From: Squalus acanthias
Lineage: Eukaryota
Reading direction: 5' to 3'
Assembly (NCBI GenBank): GCA_030390025.1
Contig: JASTWF010000033.1
Span: forward strand, 3,412,001-3,476,000
Length of the DNA stretch: 64,000 nucleotides
The first letter of the stretch is position 1; every line of letters starts with the position of its first letter. The notes below the pieces were generated by a model. The model was not told the origin of the DNA. It ran no database searches and saw nothing but the letters and a program-made list of their open reading frames with translations. Shown piece by piece: positions 35,301-48,300 of this stretch. Made by a program: the position numbers and the translations under genes.

Positions 35301-38300
35301 GTTTACTGCATTTCAACAGACTGTCTGTGTGCTCCTGAAGTCTGGTACTCTCTTCACTGTTTACTACATTTCACCAGTCTGTCTGTGTGCTCCTCAAGTC
35401 TGCTACTTTCGTCACTGTTTGCTACATTTCACCTGTCTGTCTGTGTGCTCCTGAAGTCTGTTACTCTCCTCAGTGTTTACTACATTTCACAAGTCTGTCT
35501 GTGTGCTCCTGAAGTCTGCTGCTCTCCTCACTGTTTCCTACATTTCAACAGTCCGTCTCTGTGCTCCTGAAGTCTGATACTCTCCTCAATGTTTAATACA
35601 TTTCACCAGTCTGTTTTTGTGCTCCTGAAGTATGCTACTCTGCTCACTGTTTACTACATTTCACCAGTCTGTTAATGTGATCCTGAAGTCTGCCAATCTC
35701 TTCACTGTTTACAACGTTTCACCAGTCTGTCTGTGTGCTCCTGAAGTCTGCTGCTCTCCTCACTGTTTACAACATTTCACAAGTCTGTCTGTGGGCTCCT
35801 GATGTCTGCTAATCTCCTCACTGTTAACCACATTTCAACAGTCTGTCTGTGCTCCTGAAGTCTGCGACTCTCCTCACTGTTTTCTGCATTTCACCAGTCT
35901 GTCTGTCTGTTCCTGAAGTCTGCTCATCTCCTCACTTTTTGCTGCATTTCACCAGTCTGTCTGTGTGCTCCTGAAGTCTGTTACTCTCCTCACTGTTTAC
36001 TACATTTCCCCAGTCTGTCTGTGTGCGTCTGAATTCTGCTACACTCCTCACTGTTTACTACATTTCACCAGTCAGTCTGTTTTCTCCTAAAGTGTGTTAC
36101 TCTCCTTACAGTTTACTACATTTCACCAGTCTGTCTGTGTGTTCCTGAAGTCTGCTACTCTCCTCACTGTTTACTACATTTCACCAGTCTGTCTGTGTGC
36201 TCCTGATGTCTGTTATTCTCCAAACTGTTTAATACATTTCGCCAGTCTGTCTGTGTGCTTCTGCAGTCTGCTACTCTCCTCACTGTTTACTACATTTCAA
36301 CAGTCTGTCTATGTGCTCTACAAGTCTGCTACTCTCCTCACTGTTTACGACATCTCACCAGTCTGTCTATGTGATCCTGAAGTCTGATAATCTCCTCACT
36401 CTTTACTACATTTCACCAGTCTGTCTGTGTGCTCTTTAAGTCTGCTACTCTCCTCACTGTTTACTACATTTCTTCAGTCTGTCTGTGTGATCCTGAAGTC
36501 TGCTACTCTCCTCTCTTTTTACTACATTTCTCCAGTATGTTTGCGTGTTCCCGAATTCTGCTAATATCCGCCCTGTTTACTACATGTCACCTGTCTGTCT
36601 GTGTGCTCCTGAAGTTTGTTACTCTCCTCACTTTTACTACATTTCACCAGTCTGTCTGTGTGCTCCTGAAGTCAGCTATTCTCCTCACTGTTTTCTACAT
36701 TTCAACTTTTCTCAATGTGATCCTGATGTCTGCTACTCTCCTCAGTGTTTACTACATTTAACCAGTCTGTCTTTGTGCTCCTGAAGTCTGCTACTCTCCT
36801 CACTGTTTACCACATTTCACCAGTCTGTCTGTGCTCCTGAAGTCTGCCACTCTCCTCACTGTTTTCTACATTTCACCAGTCTGTCTGTGTGCTCCTGAAG
36901 TCTGATACTCTCCTCACTGTTTACTACATTTCACCAGTCTGTCTGTGTGCTCCTGAAGTCAACTGCTCTCCTCACTGTTTACTACATTTCACCAGTCTCT
37001 CTGTGTGATCCTGAAGTCTGCTACTCTCATCACTGTTTACGACATTTCACCAGTCCGTCTGTGTGCTCCTGAACTCTGCTACTTTCCTCACTGTTTACAG
37101 CATTTTACGAGTCTGTCTGTGTCCTCCTGAAGTATGCTACTCTCCTCACTGTTTACTGCATTTCACCAGTCTGTCTGTGCTCCTAAAGTCTGCTGCTCTC
37201 CTCGATGTTTACTACATTTCACCAGTCTGTCTGTGCTCCTGAAGTCTGCTGCTCTCCTCACTGTTTACTACATTTCAACAGAGTCTCTGTGTGCTCCTGA
37301 AGTCTGGTACACTCTTCACTGTTTACTAAATTTCACCAGTCTGTCTGTGTGCTCCTGAAGTCTGCTACTCTCCTCACTGTTTACTACATTTCACCAGTCT
37401 GTCTGTGTACTCCTGAAGTCTGCTGCTCTCCTCACTGTTTTCTACATTTCACCAGTCTGTCTGTGTGCTGCTGACGTCTGGTACTCTCTTCACTGTTTAA
37501 TACGTTTCACCAGTCTGTCTGTGTGCTCCTGAAGTCTGTTACTCTCCTCACTGTTTACTACATTTCACCAGACTGTCTTTGTGCTCCTGAAGTCTGTTAC
37601 TCTCCTCACTGTTTGCCACATTTCACCAGTCTGTCTGTGTGCTCCTGAAGTCTGCTGCTCTCCTCACTGTTTACTACATTTCACAAGTCTGTCTGTGTGC
37701 TCCTGAAGTCTGCTACTCTCCTCACTGTTTACTGCATTTCACCAGTCTGTCTGTCTGCTCCTGAATTCTTATACTCTCATCACTGTTTACTACATTTCAC
37801 CAGTCTGTCTGTGTGCTTCTGAAGTCTGGTACTCTCTTCACTGTTTACAGCATTTCACCAGTCTGTCTGTCTGTTCCTGAAGTCTGATAATCTCCTCACG
37901 TTTTGCTGCATTTCACCAGTCTGTCTGTGTGCTCCTGAATTCTGCTACTCTCCTCACTGTTTACTACATTTCACCAGTCTGTCTGTGCTCCTGAAGTCTG
38001 TTACTCTCCTCACTGTTTACTACATTTCACCAGTCTGTCTGGGTGCTCCTGAAGTCTGTTACTCTCCTCACTGTTTACCACATTTCACCAGTCTGTCTGT
38101 GCTCCTGAAGTCTGCGGCTCTCCTCACTGTTTTCTACATTTCACCAGTCTGTCTGTGTGATCCTGAAGTCTGCTGCTCTCCTGACTGTTGACTACATTTC
38201 ACCAGTCTGTCTGTGTGCTCCTGAAGTCTGATACTCTCCTCACTGTTTACTACATTTCACCAGTCTGTCTGTGTGCTCCTGAAGTCTGATACTCTCCTCA

Positions 38301-41300
38301 CTGTTTATTACATTTCACCAGTCTGTCTGTGTGCTCCTGAAGTCTGCTACTCTCCTCACTGTTTACTACATTTCACCAGTCTGTCTGTCTGTTCCTGAAG
38401 TCTGCTACTCTCCTCACTGTTTACTGCATTTCACCAGTCTGTCTGTGTGCTCCTGAAGTCTGCTACTCTCCTCACTGTTTACTACATTTCACCAGTCTGT
38501 CTGTGTGCTCCTGAAGTCTGTTACTCTCCTCACTGTTTACTACATTTCACCAGTCTGTCTGTGTGCTCCTGAAGTCTGTTACTCTCCTCACTGTTTACTA
38601 CATTTCACCAGTCTGTCTGTGCTCCTGAAGTCTGCTACTCTCCTCACTGTTTACTACATTTCACCAGTCTGTCTGTGTGCTCCTGAAGTCTGCTACTCTC
38701 CTCACTGTTTACTACATTTCACCAGTCTGTCTGTGTGATCCTGAAGTCTGCTGCTCTCCTCACTGTTTACTACATTTCACCAGTCTGTCTGTGTGCTCCT
38801 GAAGTCTGCTGCTCTCCTCACTGTTTACTACATTTCACCAGTCTGTCTGTGTGATCCTGAAGTCTGCTGCTCTCCTCACTGTTTTCTACATTTCACCAGT
38901 CTGTCTGTGTGATCCTGAAGTCTGCTGCTCTCATCACTGTTTACTACATTTCAATAGACTGTCTGTGCTCCGAAAGTCTACTACTCTCCTCACTGTTTAC
39001 TACATTTCACCAGTCTGTCTGTGTGATCCTGAAGTCTGCTGCTCTCCTCACTGTTTTCTACATTTCACCAGTCTGTCTGTGTGATCCTGAAGTCTGCTGC
39101 TCTCCTCACTGTTTTCTACATTTCACCAGTCTGTCTGTGTGCTCCTGATGTCTGTTATTCTCCAAACTATTTCTACATTTCGCCAGTCTGTCTATGTGCT
39201 TCTGCAGTCTGCTACTCTCCTCACTGTTTACTATATTTCACCAGTCTGTCTGTGTGCCCCTGAAGTCTGTTACTCTCCTCACTGTTTACTACATTTCACC
39301 AGTCTGTCTGTGTGCGTCTGAATTCTGCTACTCTCCTCACTGTTTCCTACATTTCACCATTCTGTCTGTGTGCTCCTGAAGTCTGCTGCTCTCGTCACTT
39401 TTTACTACATTTCACCAGTCTGTCTGTTTGCTCCTGAAGTCTGCTACTCTCCTCACTGTTTACCACATTTCAACAGTCTGTCTGTGCTCCTGAAGTCTGC
39501 TACTCTCCTCACTGTTTTCTACATTTCACCAGTCTGTCTGTGTGATCCTGAAGTCTTCTACTCTGCTCACTGTTTACTACATTTCAGCAGTCTGTCTTTG
39601 CTCCTGAAGTCTGCTGCTCTCCTCACTGTTTACTGCATTTCAGCAGACTGTCTGTGTGCTCCTGAAGTCTGGTACTCTCTTCACTGTTTGCTACATTTCA
39701 CCTGTCTGTCTGTGTGCTCCTGAAGTCTGTTACTCTCCTCAGTGTTTACTACATTTCACCAGTCTGTATGTGTGCTCCTGAAGTCTGGTACTCTCCTTAC
39801 TTTTACTACATTTCACCAGTCTGTCTGTGTGCTCCTGAAGTCTGTTGCTCTCCTCACTGTTTCCTACATTTCACCAGTCTGTCTGTGTGCTCCTGAAGTC
39901 TGCTGCTCTCCTCACTGTTTACAACATTTCACAAGTCTGTCTGTGTGCTCCTGAAGTCTGCTACTCTCGTCACTGTTTACCACATTTCAACAGTCTGTCT
40001 GTGCTCCTGAAGTCTGCGACTCTCCTCACTGTTTTCTACATTTCACCAGTCTGTCTGTCTGTTCCTGAAGTTTGCTCATCTCCTCACTTTTTGCTGCATT
40101 TCACCAGTCTTTCTGTGTGCACCTGAAGTCTGTTACTCTCCTCACTGTTTACTACATTTCACCAGTCTGTCTGTGTGCGTCTGAATTCTGCAACTCTCCT
40201 CACTGTTTACTACATTTCACCAGTCAGTCTGTGTTCTCCTAAAGTCTGTTACTCTCCTTACAGTTTACTATATTTCTCCAGTCTGTCTGTGTGTTCCTCA
40301 AGTCTGCTACTCTCCTCACTGTTAACTACATTTCACCAGTCTGTCTGTGTGCTCCTGATGTCTGTTATTCTCCAAACTGTTTAATACATTTCGCCAGTCT
40401 GTCTGTGTGCTTCTGCAGTCTGCTACTCTCCTCACTGTTTACTATATTTCACCAGTCTCTCTGTGTGCTCATGAAGTCTGCTGATCTCCTCACTGTTTAC
40501 TACATTTCACCAGTCTGTCTGTGTGCTCCTGAAGTCTTCTACTCTCCTCACTGTTTACTACATTTCACCAGTCTGTCTGTGTGCTCCTGAAGTCTGTTAT
40601 TCTCCTTACTGTTGACTACATTTCACCAGTCTGTCTGTGTGCTCCTGAAGTCTGCTACTCTCCTCACTGTTTACTACATTTCACCAGTCTGTCTGTGTGA
40701 TCCTGAAGGCTGTTAATCTCCTCACTGTTTACTGCATTTCACCAGTCTGTCTGTGTGTTCCTGAAGTCCGCTAATCTCCTCACTGTTTACTACATTTCAA
40801 TATGTCTGTCTATGTGCACCTGAAGTCTACTACTCTCCTCAATGTTTACTACATTTCACCAGTCTGTCTGTGTGTTCGTGAATTCAGCCACTCTCCTCAC
40901 TCTTTGCTGCATTTCACCAGTCTGTCTGTGTGTTCCTGAATTCTGCTATTCTCCTCACTGTTTACTACATTTCACCAGTCTGTCTGTGTGCTCCTGAATT
41001 CTGTTACTCTCCTCACTGTTTACTACATTTCAACAGACTCTCTGTGCTCCTGAAGTCTGCTACTCTCCTCACTGCTTATTACATTTCACCAGTCTGTCTG
41101 TGCTCCTAAAGTCAGCTGCTCTCCTCGATGTTTACTACATTTCACCAGTCTGTCTGTGCTCCTGAAGTCTGCTGCTCTCCTCACTGTTTACTACATTTCA
41201 CCAGTCTGTCTTTGTGCTCCTGAAGTCTGTTACTCTCCTCACTGTTTACCACATTTCACCAGTCTGTCTGTGTGCTCCTGAAGTGTGCTGCTCTCCTCAC

Positions 41301-44300
41301 TGTTTACTACATTTCACAAGTCTGTCTGTGTGCTCCTGAAGTCTGCTACTCTCCTCACTGTTTACTACATTTCACCAGTCTGTCTGTGTGCGTCTGAATT
41401 CTGCAACTCTCCTCACTGTTTACTACATTTCACCAGTCAGTCTGTGTTCTCCTAAAGTCTGTTACTCTCCTTACAGTTTACTATATTTCTCCAGTCTGTC
41501 TGTGTGTTCCTCAAGTCTGCTACTCTCCTCACTGTTAACTACATTTCACCAGTCTGTCTGTGTGCTCCTGATGTCTGTTATTCTCCAAACTGTTTAATAC
41601 ATTTCGCCAGTCTGTCTGTGTGCTTCTGCAGTCTGCTACTCTCCTCACTGTTTACTATATTTCACCAGTCTCTCTGTGTGCTCATGAAGTCTGCTGATCT
41701 CCTCACTGTTTACTACATTTCACCAGTCTGTCTGTGTGCTCCTGAAGTCTTCTACTCTCCTCACTGTTTACTGCATTTCACCAGTCTGTCTGTGTGCTCC
41801 TGAAGTCTGTTATTCTCCTTACTGTTTACTACATTTCACCAGTCTGTCTGTGTGCTCCTGAAGTCTGCTAATCTCCTCACTTTTTACTACATTTCACCAG
41901 TATGTTTGCGTGTTCCTGAATTCTGCTAATATCCGCCCTGTTTACTACATTTCACCAGTCTGTCTGTGTGCTCCTGAAGTCTGATACTATCCTCATTGTT
42001 TATTACATTTAACCATCCTGTCTGTGTGCTCCTGAATTCTGATACTCTCCTCACTGTTTACTGCATTTCACCAGTCTGTCTGTCTGTTCCTGAAGTCTGC
42101 TAATCTCCTCACTGTTTACTACATTGCACTAGTCTGTCTGTGTGCTCCTGAAGTCTGTTACTCTCCTCACTCTTTACTACATTTCACCAGTCTGTCTGTT
42201 TGCGTTTGAATTCTGCTACTCTCCTCACTGTGTACTACATTTCAATAGACTGTCTGTGCTCCGAAAGTCTACTACTCTCCTCACTGTTTACTACATTTCA
42301 CCAGTCTGTCTGTGTGCTCCTGATGTCTGTTATTCTCCAAACTATTTAATACATTTCGCCAGTCTGTCTGTGTGCTTCTGCAGTCTGCTACTCTCCTCAC
42401 TGTTTACTATATTTCACCAGTCTGTCTGTGTGCCCCTGAAGTCTGTTACACTGCTCACTGTTTACTACATTTCACCAGTCTGTCTGTGTGCGTCTGAATT
42501 CTGCTACCCTCCTCACTGTTTACTACATTTCACCATTCTGTCTGTGTGCTCCTGAAGTCTGCTGCTCTCCTCACTTTTTACTACATTTCACCAGTCTGTC
42601 TGTTTGCTCCTGAAGTCTGCTACTCTCCTCACTGTTTACCACATTTCAACAGTCTGTCTGTGCTCCTGAAGTCTGCTACTCTCCTCACTGTTTTCCACAT
42701 TTCACCAGTCTGTCTGTGTGATCCTGAAGTCTTCTACTCTGCTCACTGTTTACTACATTTCACCAGTCTGTCTGTGCTCCTGAAATCTGCTGCTCTCCTC
42801 ACTGTTTACTACATTTCAACAGACTGTCTGTGTGCTCCTGAAGTCTGGTACTCTCTTCACTGTTTGCTACATTTCACCTGTCTGTCTGTGTGCTCCTGAA
42901 GTCTGTTACTCTCCTCAGTGTTTACTACATTTCACCAGTCTGTCTGTGTGCTCCTGAAGTCTGGTACTCTCCTCACTTTTACTACATTTCACCAGTCTGT
43001 CTGTGTGCTCCTGAAGTCTGTTGCTCTCCTCACTGTTTCCTACATTTCACCAGTCTGTCTGTGTGCCCCTGAAGTCTGCTACTCTCCTCACTGTTTACTA
43101 CATTTCACCAGTCCGTCTGTGTGCTCCTGAAGTCTGCTACTCTCCTCACTGTTCACTACATTTCACCAGTATGTCTTTGTGCTCCTGAAGTATGCTACTC
43201 TCCTCACTGTTTACTACATTTCACCAGTCTGTCTGTGTGATCCTGAAGTCTGCTACTCTCTTCACTGTTTACAACGTTTCACCAGTCTGTCTGTGTGCTC
43301 CTGAAGTCTGCTGCTCTCCTCACTGTTTACAACATTTCACAAGTCTGTCTGTGTGCTCCTGAAGTCTGCTACTCTCCTCACTGTTTACCACATTTCAACA
43401 GTCTGTCTGTGCTCCTGAAGTCTGCGACTCTCCTCACTGTTTTCTACATTTCACCAGTCTGTCTGTCTGTTCCTGAAGTCTGCTCATCTCCTCACTTTTT
43501 GCTGCGTTTCACCAGTCTGTCTGTGTGCTTTTGAAATCTGTTATTCTACTCACTGTTTACTACATTTCACCAGTCTGTCTGTGTGCGTCTGAATTCTGCT
43601 ACTCTCCTCACTGTTTACTACATTTCACCAGTCAGTCTGTGTTCTCCTAAAGTCTGTTACTCTCCTTACAGTTTACTACATTTCTCCAGTCTGTCTGTGT
43701 GTTCCTCAAGTCTGCTACTCTCCTCACTGTTTACTACATTTCACCAGTCTGTCTGTGTGCTCCTGATGTCTGTTATTCTCCAAACTGTTTAATACATTTC
43801 GTCAGTCTGTCTGTGTGCTTCTTCAGTCTGCTACTCTCCTCACTGTTTACTATATTTCATCAGTCTCTCTGTGTGCTCATGAAGTCTGCTGATCTCCTCA
43901 CTGTTTACTACATTTCACCAGTCTGTCTGTGTGCTCCTGAAGTCTGCTACTCTCCTCACTGTTTATTACATTTCACCAGTCTGTCTGTGTGATCCTGAAG
44001 TCTGCTAATCTCCTCACTTTTTACTACATTTCACCAGTATGTTTGCGTGTTCCTGAATTCTGCTAATATCCTCCCTGTTTACTACATTTCACCAGTCTGT
44101 CTGTGCTCCTGAAGTCTGCTGATCTCATCACTTTTTACTACATTTCACCAGTCTGTCTGTGTGCTCCTGAAGTCTGGTACTCTCTTCACTCTTTACAGCA
44201 TTTCTCCAGTCTGTCTGTCTGTTCCTGAAGTCTGCTACTCTCCTCACTGTTTACTACATTGCACCAGTCTGTCTGTGTGCTCATGATGTCTGCTAATCTC

Positions 44301-44880
44301 CTCACTTTTTGCTGCATTTCACCAGTCTGTCTTTGTGCTCCTGAAGTATGCTACTCTCCTCACTGTTTACTACATTTCACCAGTCTGTCTGTGTGCTCCG
44401 GAAGTCTGTTACTCTCCAAACTGTTTAATACATTTCGCCAGTCTCTCTGTGTGCTTCGGCAGTCTGCTACTCTCCTCACTGTTTACTACATTTCACCAGT
44501 CTGTCTGTGCTCCTGAAGTCTGCTGATCTCCTCATTGTTTACTACATTTCACCAGTTTGTCTGTGTGCTCTTGAATTCTGCTACTCTCCTCACTGTTTAC
44601 TACATTTCACCAGTCTGTCTGTGTGCTCCTGAAGTCTGCTAATCTCCTCACTATTTACTATATTTCACCAGTCTGTCTGTGTGCTCCTGAAGTCTGCTGC
44701 TCTCCTCACTGTTTACTGCACTTCACCAGTCTGTCTGTGTGCTCCTGAAGTCTGTTACTCTCCTTACTGTTTACTGCATTTCACCAGTCAGTCTGTGTGC
44801 TCCTGAAGTCTGCTACTCTCCTCACTGTTTACTACATTTCACCAGTCTGTCTGTGTGATCCTGAAGTCTGCTACTCTCCT
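29398..44880 (+). repeat. 58-bp satellite array, pyrimidine-rich strand on top, diverged monomers with block duplications
   Basis: Unit TGCTCCTGAAGTCTGCTACTCTCCTCACTGTTTACTACATTTCACCAGTCTGTCTGTG, with frequent 56-bp variants. Confidence 0.98.
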
Positions 44881-45380
44881 NNNNNNNNNNNNNNNNNNNN
44901 NNNNNNNNNNNNNNNNNNNNNNNNNNNNNNNNNNNNNNNNNNNNNNNNNNNNNNNNNNNNNNNNNNNNNNNNNNNNNNNNNNNNNNNNNNNNNNNNNNNN
45001 NNNNNNNNNNNNNNNNNNNNNNNNNNNNNNNNNNNNNNNNNNNNNNNNNNNNNNNNNNNNNNNNNNNNNNNNNNNNNNNNNNNNNNNNNNNNNNNNNNNN
45101 NNNNNNNNNNNNNNNNNNNNNNNNNNNNNNNNNNNNNNNNNNNNNNNNNNNNNNNNNNNNNNNNNNNNNNNNNNNNNNNNNNNNNNNNNNNNNNNNNNNN
45201 NNNNNNNNNNNNNNNNNNNNNNNNNNNNNNNNNNNNNNNNNNNNNNNNNNNNNNNNNNNNNNNNNNNNNNNNNNNNNNNNNNNNNNNNNNNNNNNNNNNN
45301 NNNNNNNNNNNNNNNNNNNNNNNNNNNNNNNNNNNNNNNNNNNNNNNNNNNNNNNNNNNNNNNNNNNNNNNNNNNNNNNN
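44881..45380. other. Assembly gap (500 N)
   Basis: N run of round length. Confidence 0.99.
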
Positions 45381-48300
45381 CAGACTTCAGGAGGACACAG
45401 ACAGACTGTTGAAATGCAGTAAACAGTGAGGAAAGTAGCAGAGTTCAGGAGCACACAGAGAGACTGGTGAAATGGAGTAAGCAGTGAGGAGAGTAGCAGA
45501 CTTCAGGATCACACAGAGAGACTGGTGAAATGTAGTAAACAGTGAGGAGAGTAGTAGACTTTCGGAGCACAGACAGTCTATTGAAATGTAGTAAACAGTG
45601 ATGAGAGCAGCAGACTTCAGGATCACACAGACAGACTGGTGAAATGTAGAAAACAGTGAGGAGAGCAGCAGACTTCAGGATCACACAGACAGACTGGTGA
45701 AATGTAGTAAACAGTGAGGAGAGCAGCAGACTTCAGGATCACACAGACAGACTGGTGAAATGTAGAAAACAGTGAGGAGAGTCGCAGACTTCAGGAGCAC
45801 AGACAGACTGGTGAAATGTGGTAAACAGTGAGGAGAGTAACAGACTTCAGGAGCACACAGACAGAATGGTGAAATGTAGTAAACAGTGAGGAGAGTAACA
45901 GACTTCAGGAGCACAGACAGACTGGTGAAATGTAGTAAACAGTGAGGAGAGTAGCAGACTTCAGGAGCACACAGACAGACTGGTGAAATGTAGTAAACAG
46001 TGAGGAGAGTATCAGACTTCAGAGCACACAGACAGACTGGTGAAATGCAGTAAACAGTGAGGAGAGTATCAGACTTCAGGAGCACACAGACAGACTGGTG
46101 AAATGTAGTAAACAGTGAGGAGAGTAGCAGACTTCAGGAGCACACAGACAGACTGGTGAAATGTAGTAAACAGTGAGGAGAGCAGCAGACTTCAGGAGCA
46201 CACAGACAGACTGGTGAAATGTAGTAAACAGTGAGGAGAGTATCAGACTTCAGGAGCACACAGACAGACTGGTGAAATGTAGTAAACAGTGAGGAGAGTA
46301 GCAGACTTCAGGAGCACACAGACAGACTGGTGAAATGTAGTAAACAGTGAGGAGAGCAGCAGACTTCAGGAGCACAGACAGACTGCTGAAATGTAGGAAA
46401 CAGTGAGGAGAGTAACAGACTTCAGGAACACACAGACAGACTGGTGAAATGGAGGAAACAGTGAGGAGAGTCGCAGACTTCAGGATCACACAGACAGACT
46501 GGTGAAATGTAGTAAACAGTGAGGAGAGCAGCAGACTTCAGGAGCACACAGACAGACTGGTGAAATATAGTAAACAGTGAGGAGAGTAGCAGACTGCAGA
46601 AGCACACAGACAGACTGGCGAAATGTATTAAATAGTTTGGAGAATAACAGACATCAGGAGCACACAGACAGACTGGTGAAATGTAGTAAACAGTGAGGAG
46701 AGTAGCAGAATTCAGGAGCACACAGACAGACTGGTGAAATGCAGCAAAACGTGAGGAGATTATCAGACTTCAGGAACAGACAGACAGACTGATGAAATGC
46801 AGTAAACAGTGAGGAGAGTATCAGACTTCAGGAGCACACAGACAGACTGGTGAAATGTAGTAAACAGTGAGGAGAGTAGCAGACTTCAGGAGCACACGAC
46901 AGACTTGTGAAATGTAGTAAACAGTGAGGAGAGCAGCAGACTTCAGGAGCACACAGACAGACTGGTGAAATGTGGTAAACAGTGAGGAGAGTAACAGACT
47001 TCAGGAGCACAAAGACAGACTGGTGAAATGTAGTAAACAGTGAGGAGAGTAGCAGACTTCAGAAGCACACAGACAGACTGGTGAAATGTCGTAAACAGTG
47101 ATGAGAGTATCAGAATTCAGGAGCACACAGATAGACTGCTGAAATGTAGTAAACAGTGAGGAGATCAGCAGACTTCAGGAGCACAGACTGACTGGTGAAA
47201 TGTAGTAAACAGTGAGGAGAGTAGCAGACTTCAGGACGCACACAGACAGACTGGTGAAATGCAGCAAACAGTGAGGAGATTAGCAGACATCAGGAAGACA
47301 CAGACAGACTGGTGAAATGTAGTAAACAGTGAGGAGAGTAGAAGACATCAGGAGCACACAGACAGACTGTTGAAATGTAGTAAAGTGTGAGGAGATTAGC
47401 AGACGTCAGGAGCACACAGACAGACTGGTGAAATGTAGTAAACAGTGAGGAGAGTAACAGACTTTAGGAGCACACAGACAGACTTGTGAAAGGTAGAAAA
47501 AGTGAGGAGAGCAGCAGAATTCAGACGCACACAGACAGACTGGTGAAATGCAGTAAATAGTGAGGAGAGCAGTGGAATTCAGGAGTACACAGACAGACTG
47601 GTGAAATGTAGTAAACAGTGAGGAGAGTAGTAGACTTCAGGTGCACATAGACAGACATATTGAAATGTCGTAAACAGTGAGGAGAGTAATAGACTTCAGG
47701 AACAGACAGACAGACTGCTGAAATGCTGTAAACAGTGAAGAGAGTAACAGACTTTGGGAGCACACAGACAGCCTGGGGAAATGCAGTAAACAGTATGGAG
47801 AGTATCAGAATTCAGGAGCACACAGACAGGATGGTTAAATGTAGTAAACAATGAGGAGTGTATCAGAATTCAGGTTCACACAGACAGACTGCTGAAATAT
47901 AGTAAACAGTGAGGAGAGTAGCAGAATTCAGACGCACACAGACAGACTGGTGAAATGCAGTAAATAGTGAGGAGAGCAGTAGAAATCAGGAGTACACAGA
48001 CAGACTGGTGAAATGTAGTAAACAGTGAGGAGAGTATCAGACTTCAGGATCACACAGACAGACTGGTGAAATGTGGTAAACAGTGCGGATATTAGCAGAA
48101 TTCAGGAACACGCAAACAGACTGGTGAAATGTAGTAAACAGAGAGGAGAGTAGCTGACTTCAGGATCACATAGACAGACTGGTGAAATGTAGTAAACAGT
48201 GAGGAGAGTAACAGACTTCGGGAGCACACAGACAGACTGGTGAAGTGCAGTAAACAGTGAGGAGAGCAGCAGACTTCAGGAGCACACAGACAGACTGGTG

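Noticed and set aside
28795..45454. Long X-containing ORFs over N runs
   Set aside because: Assembly-gap artefacts.
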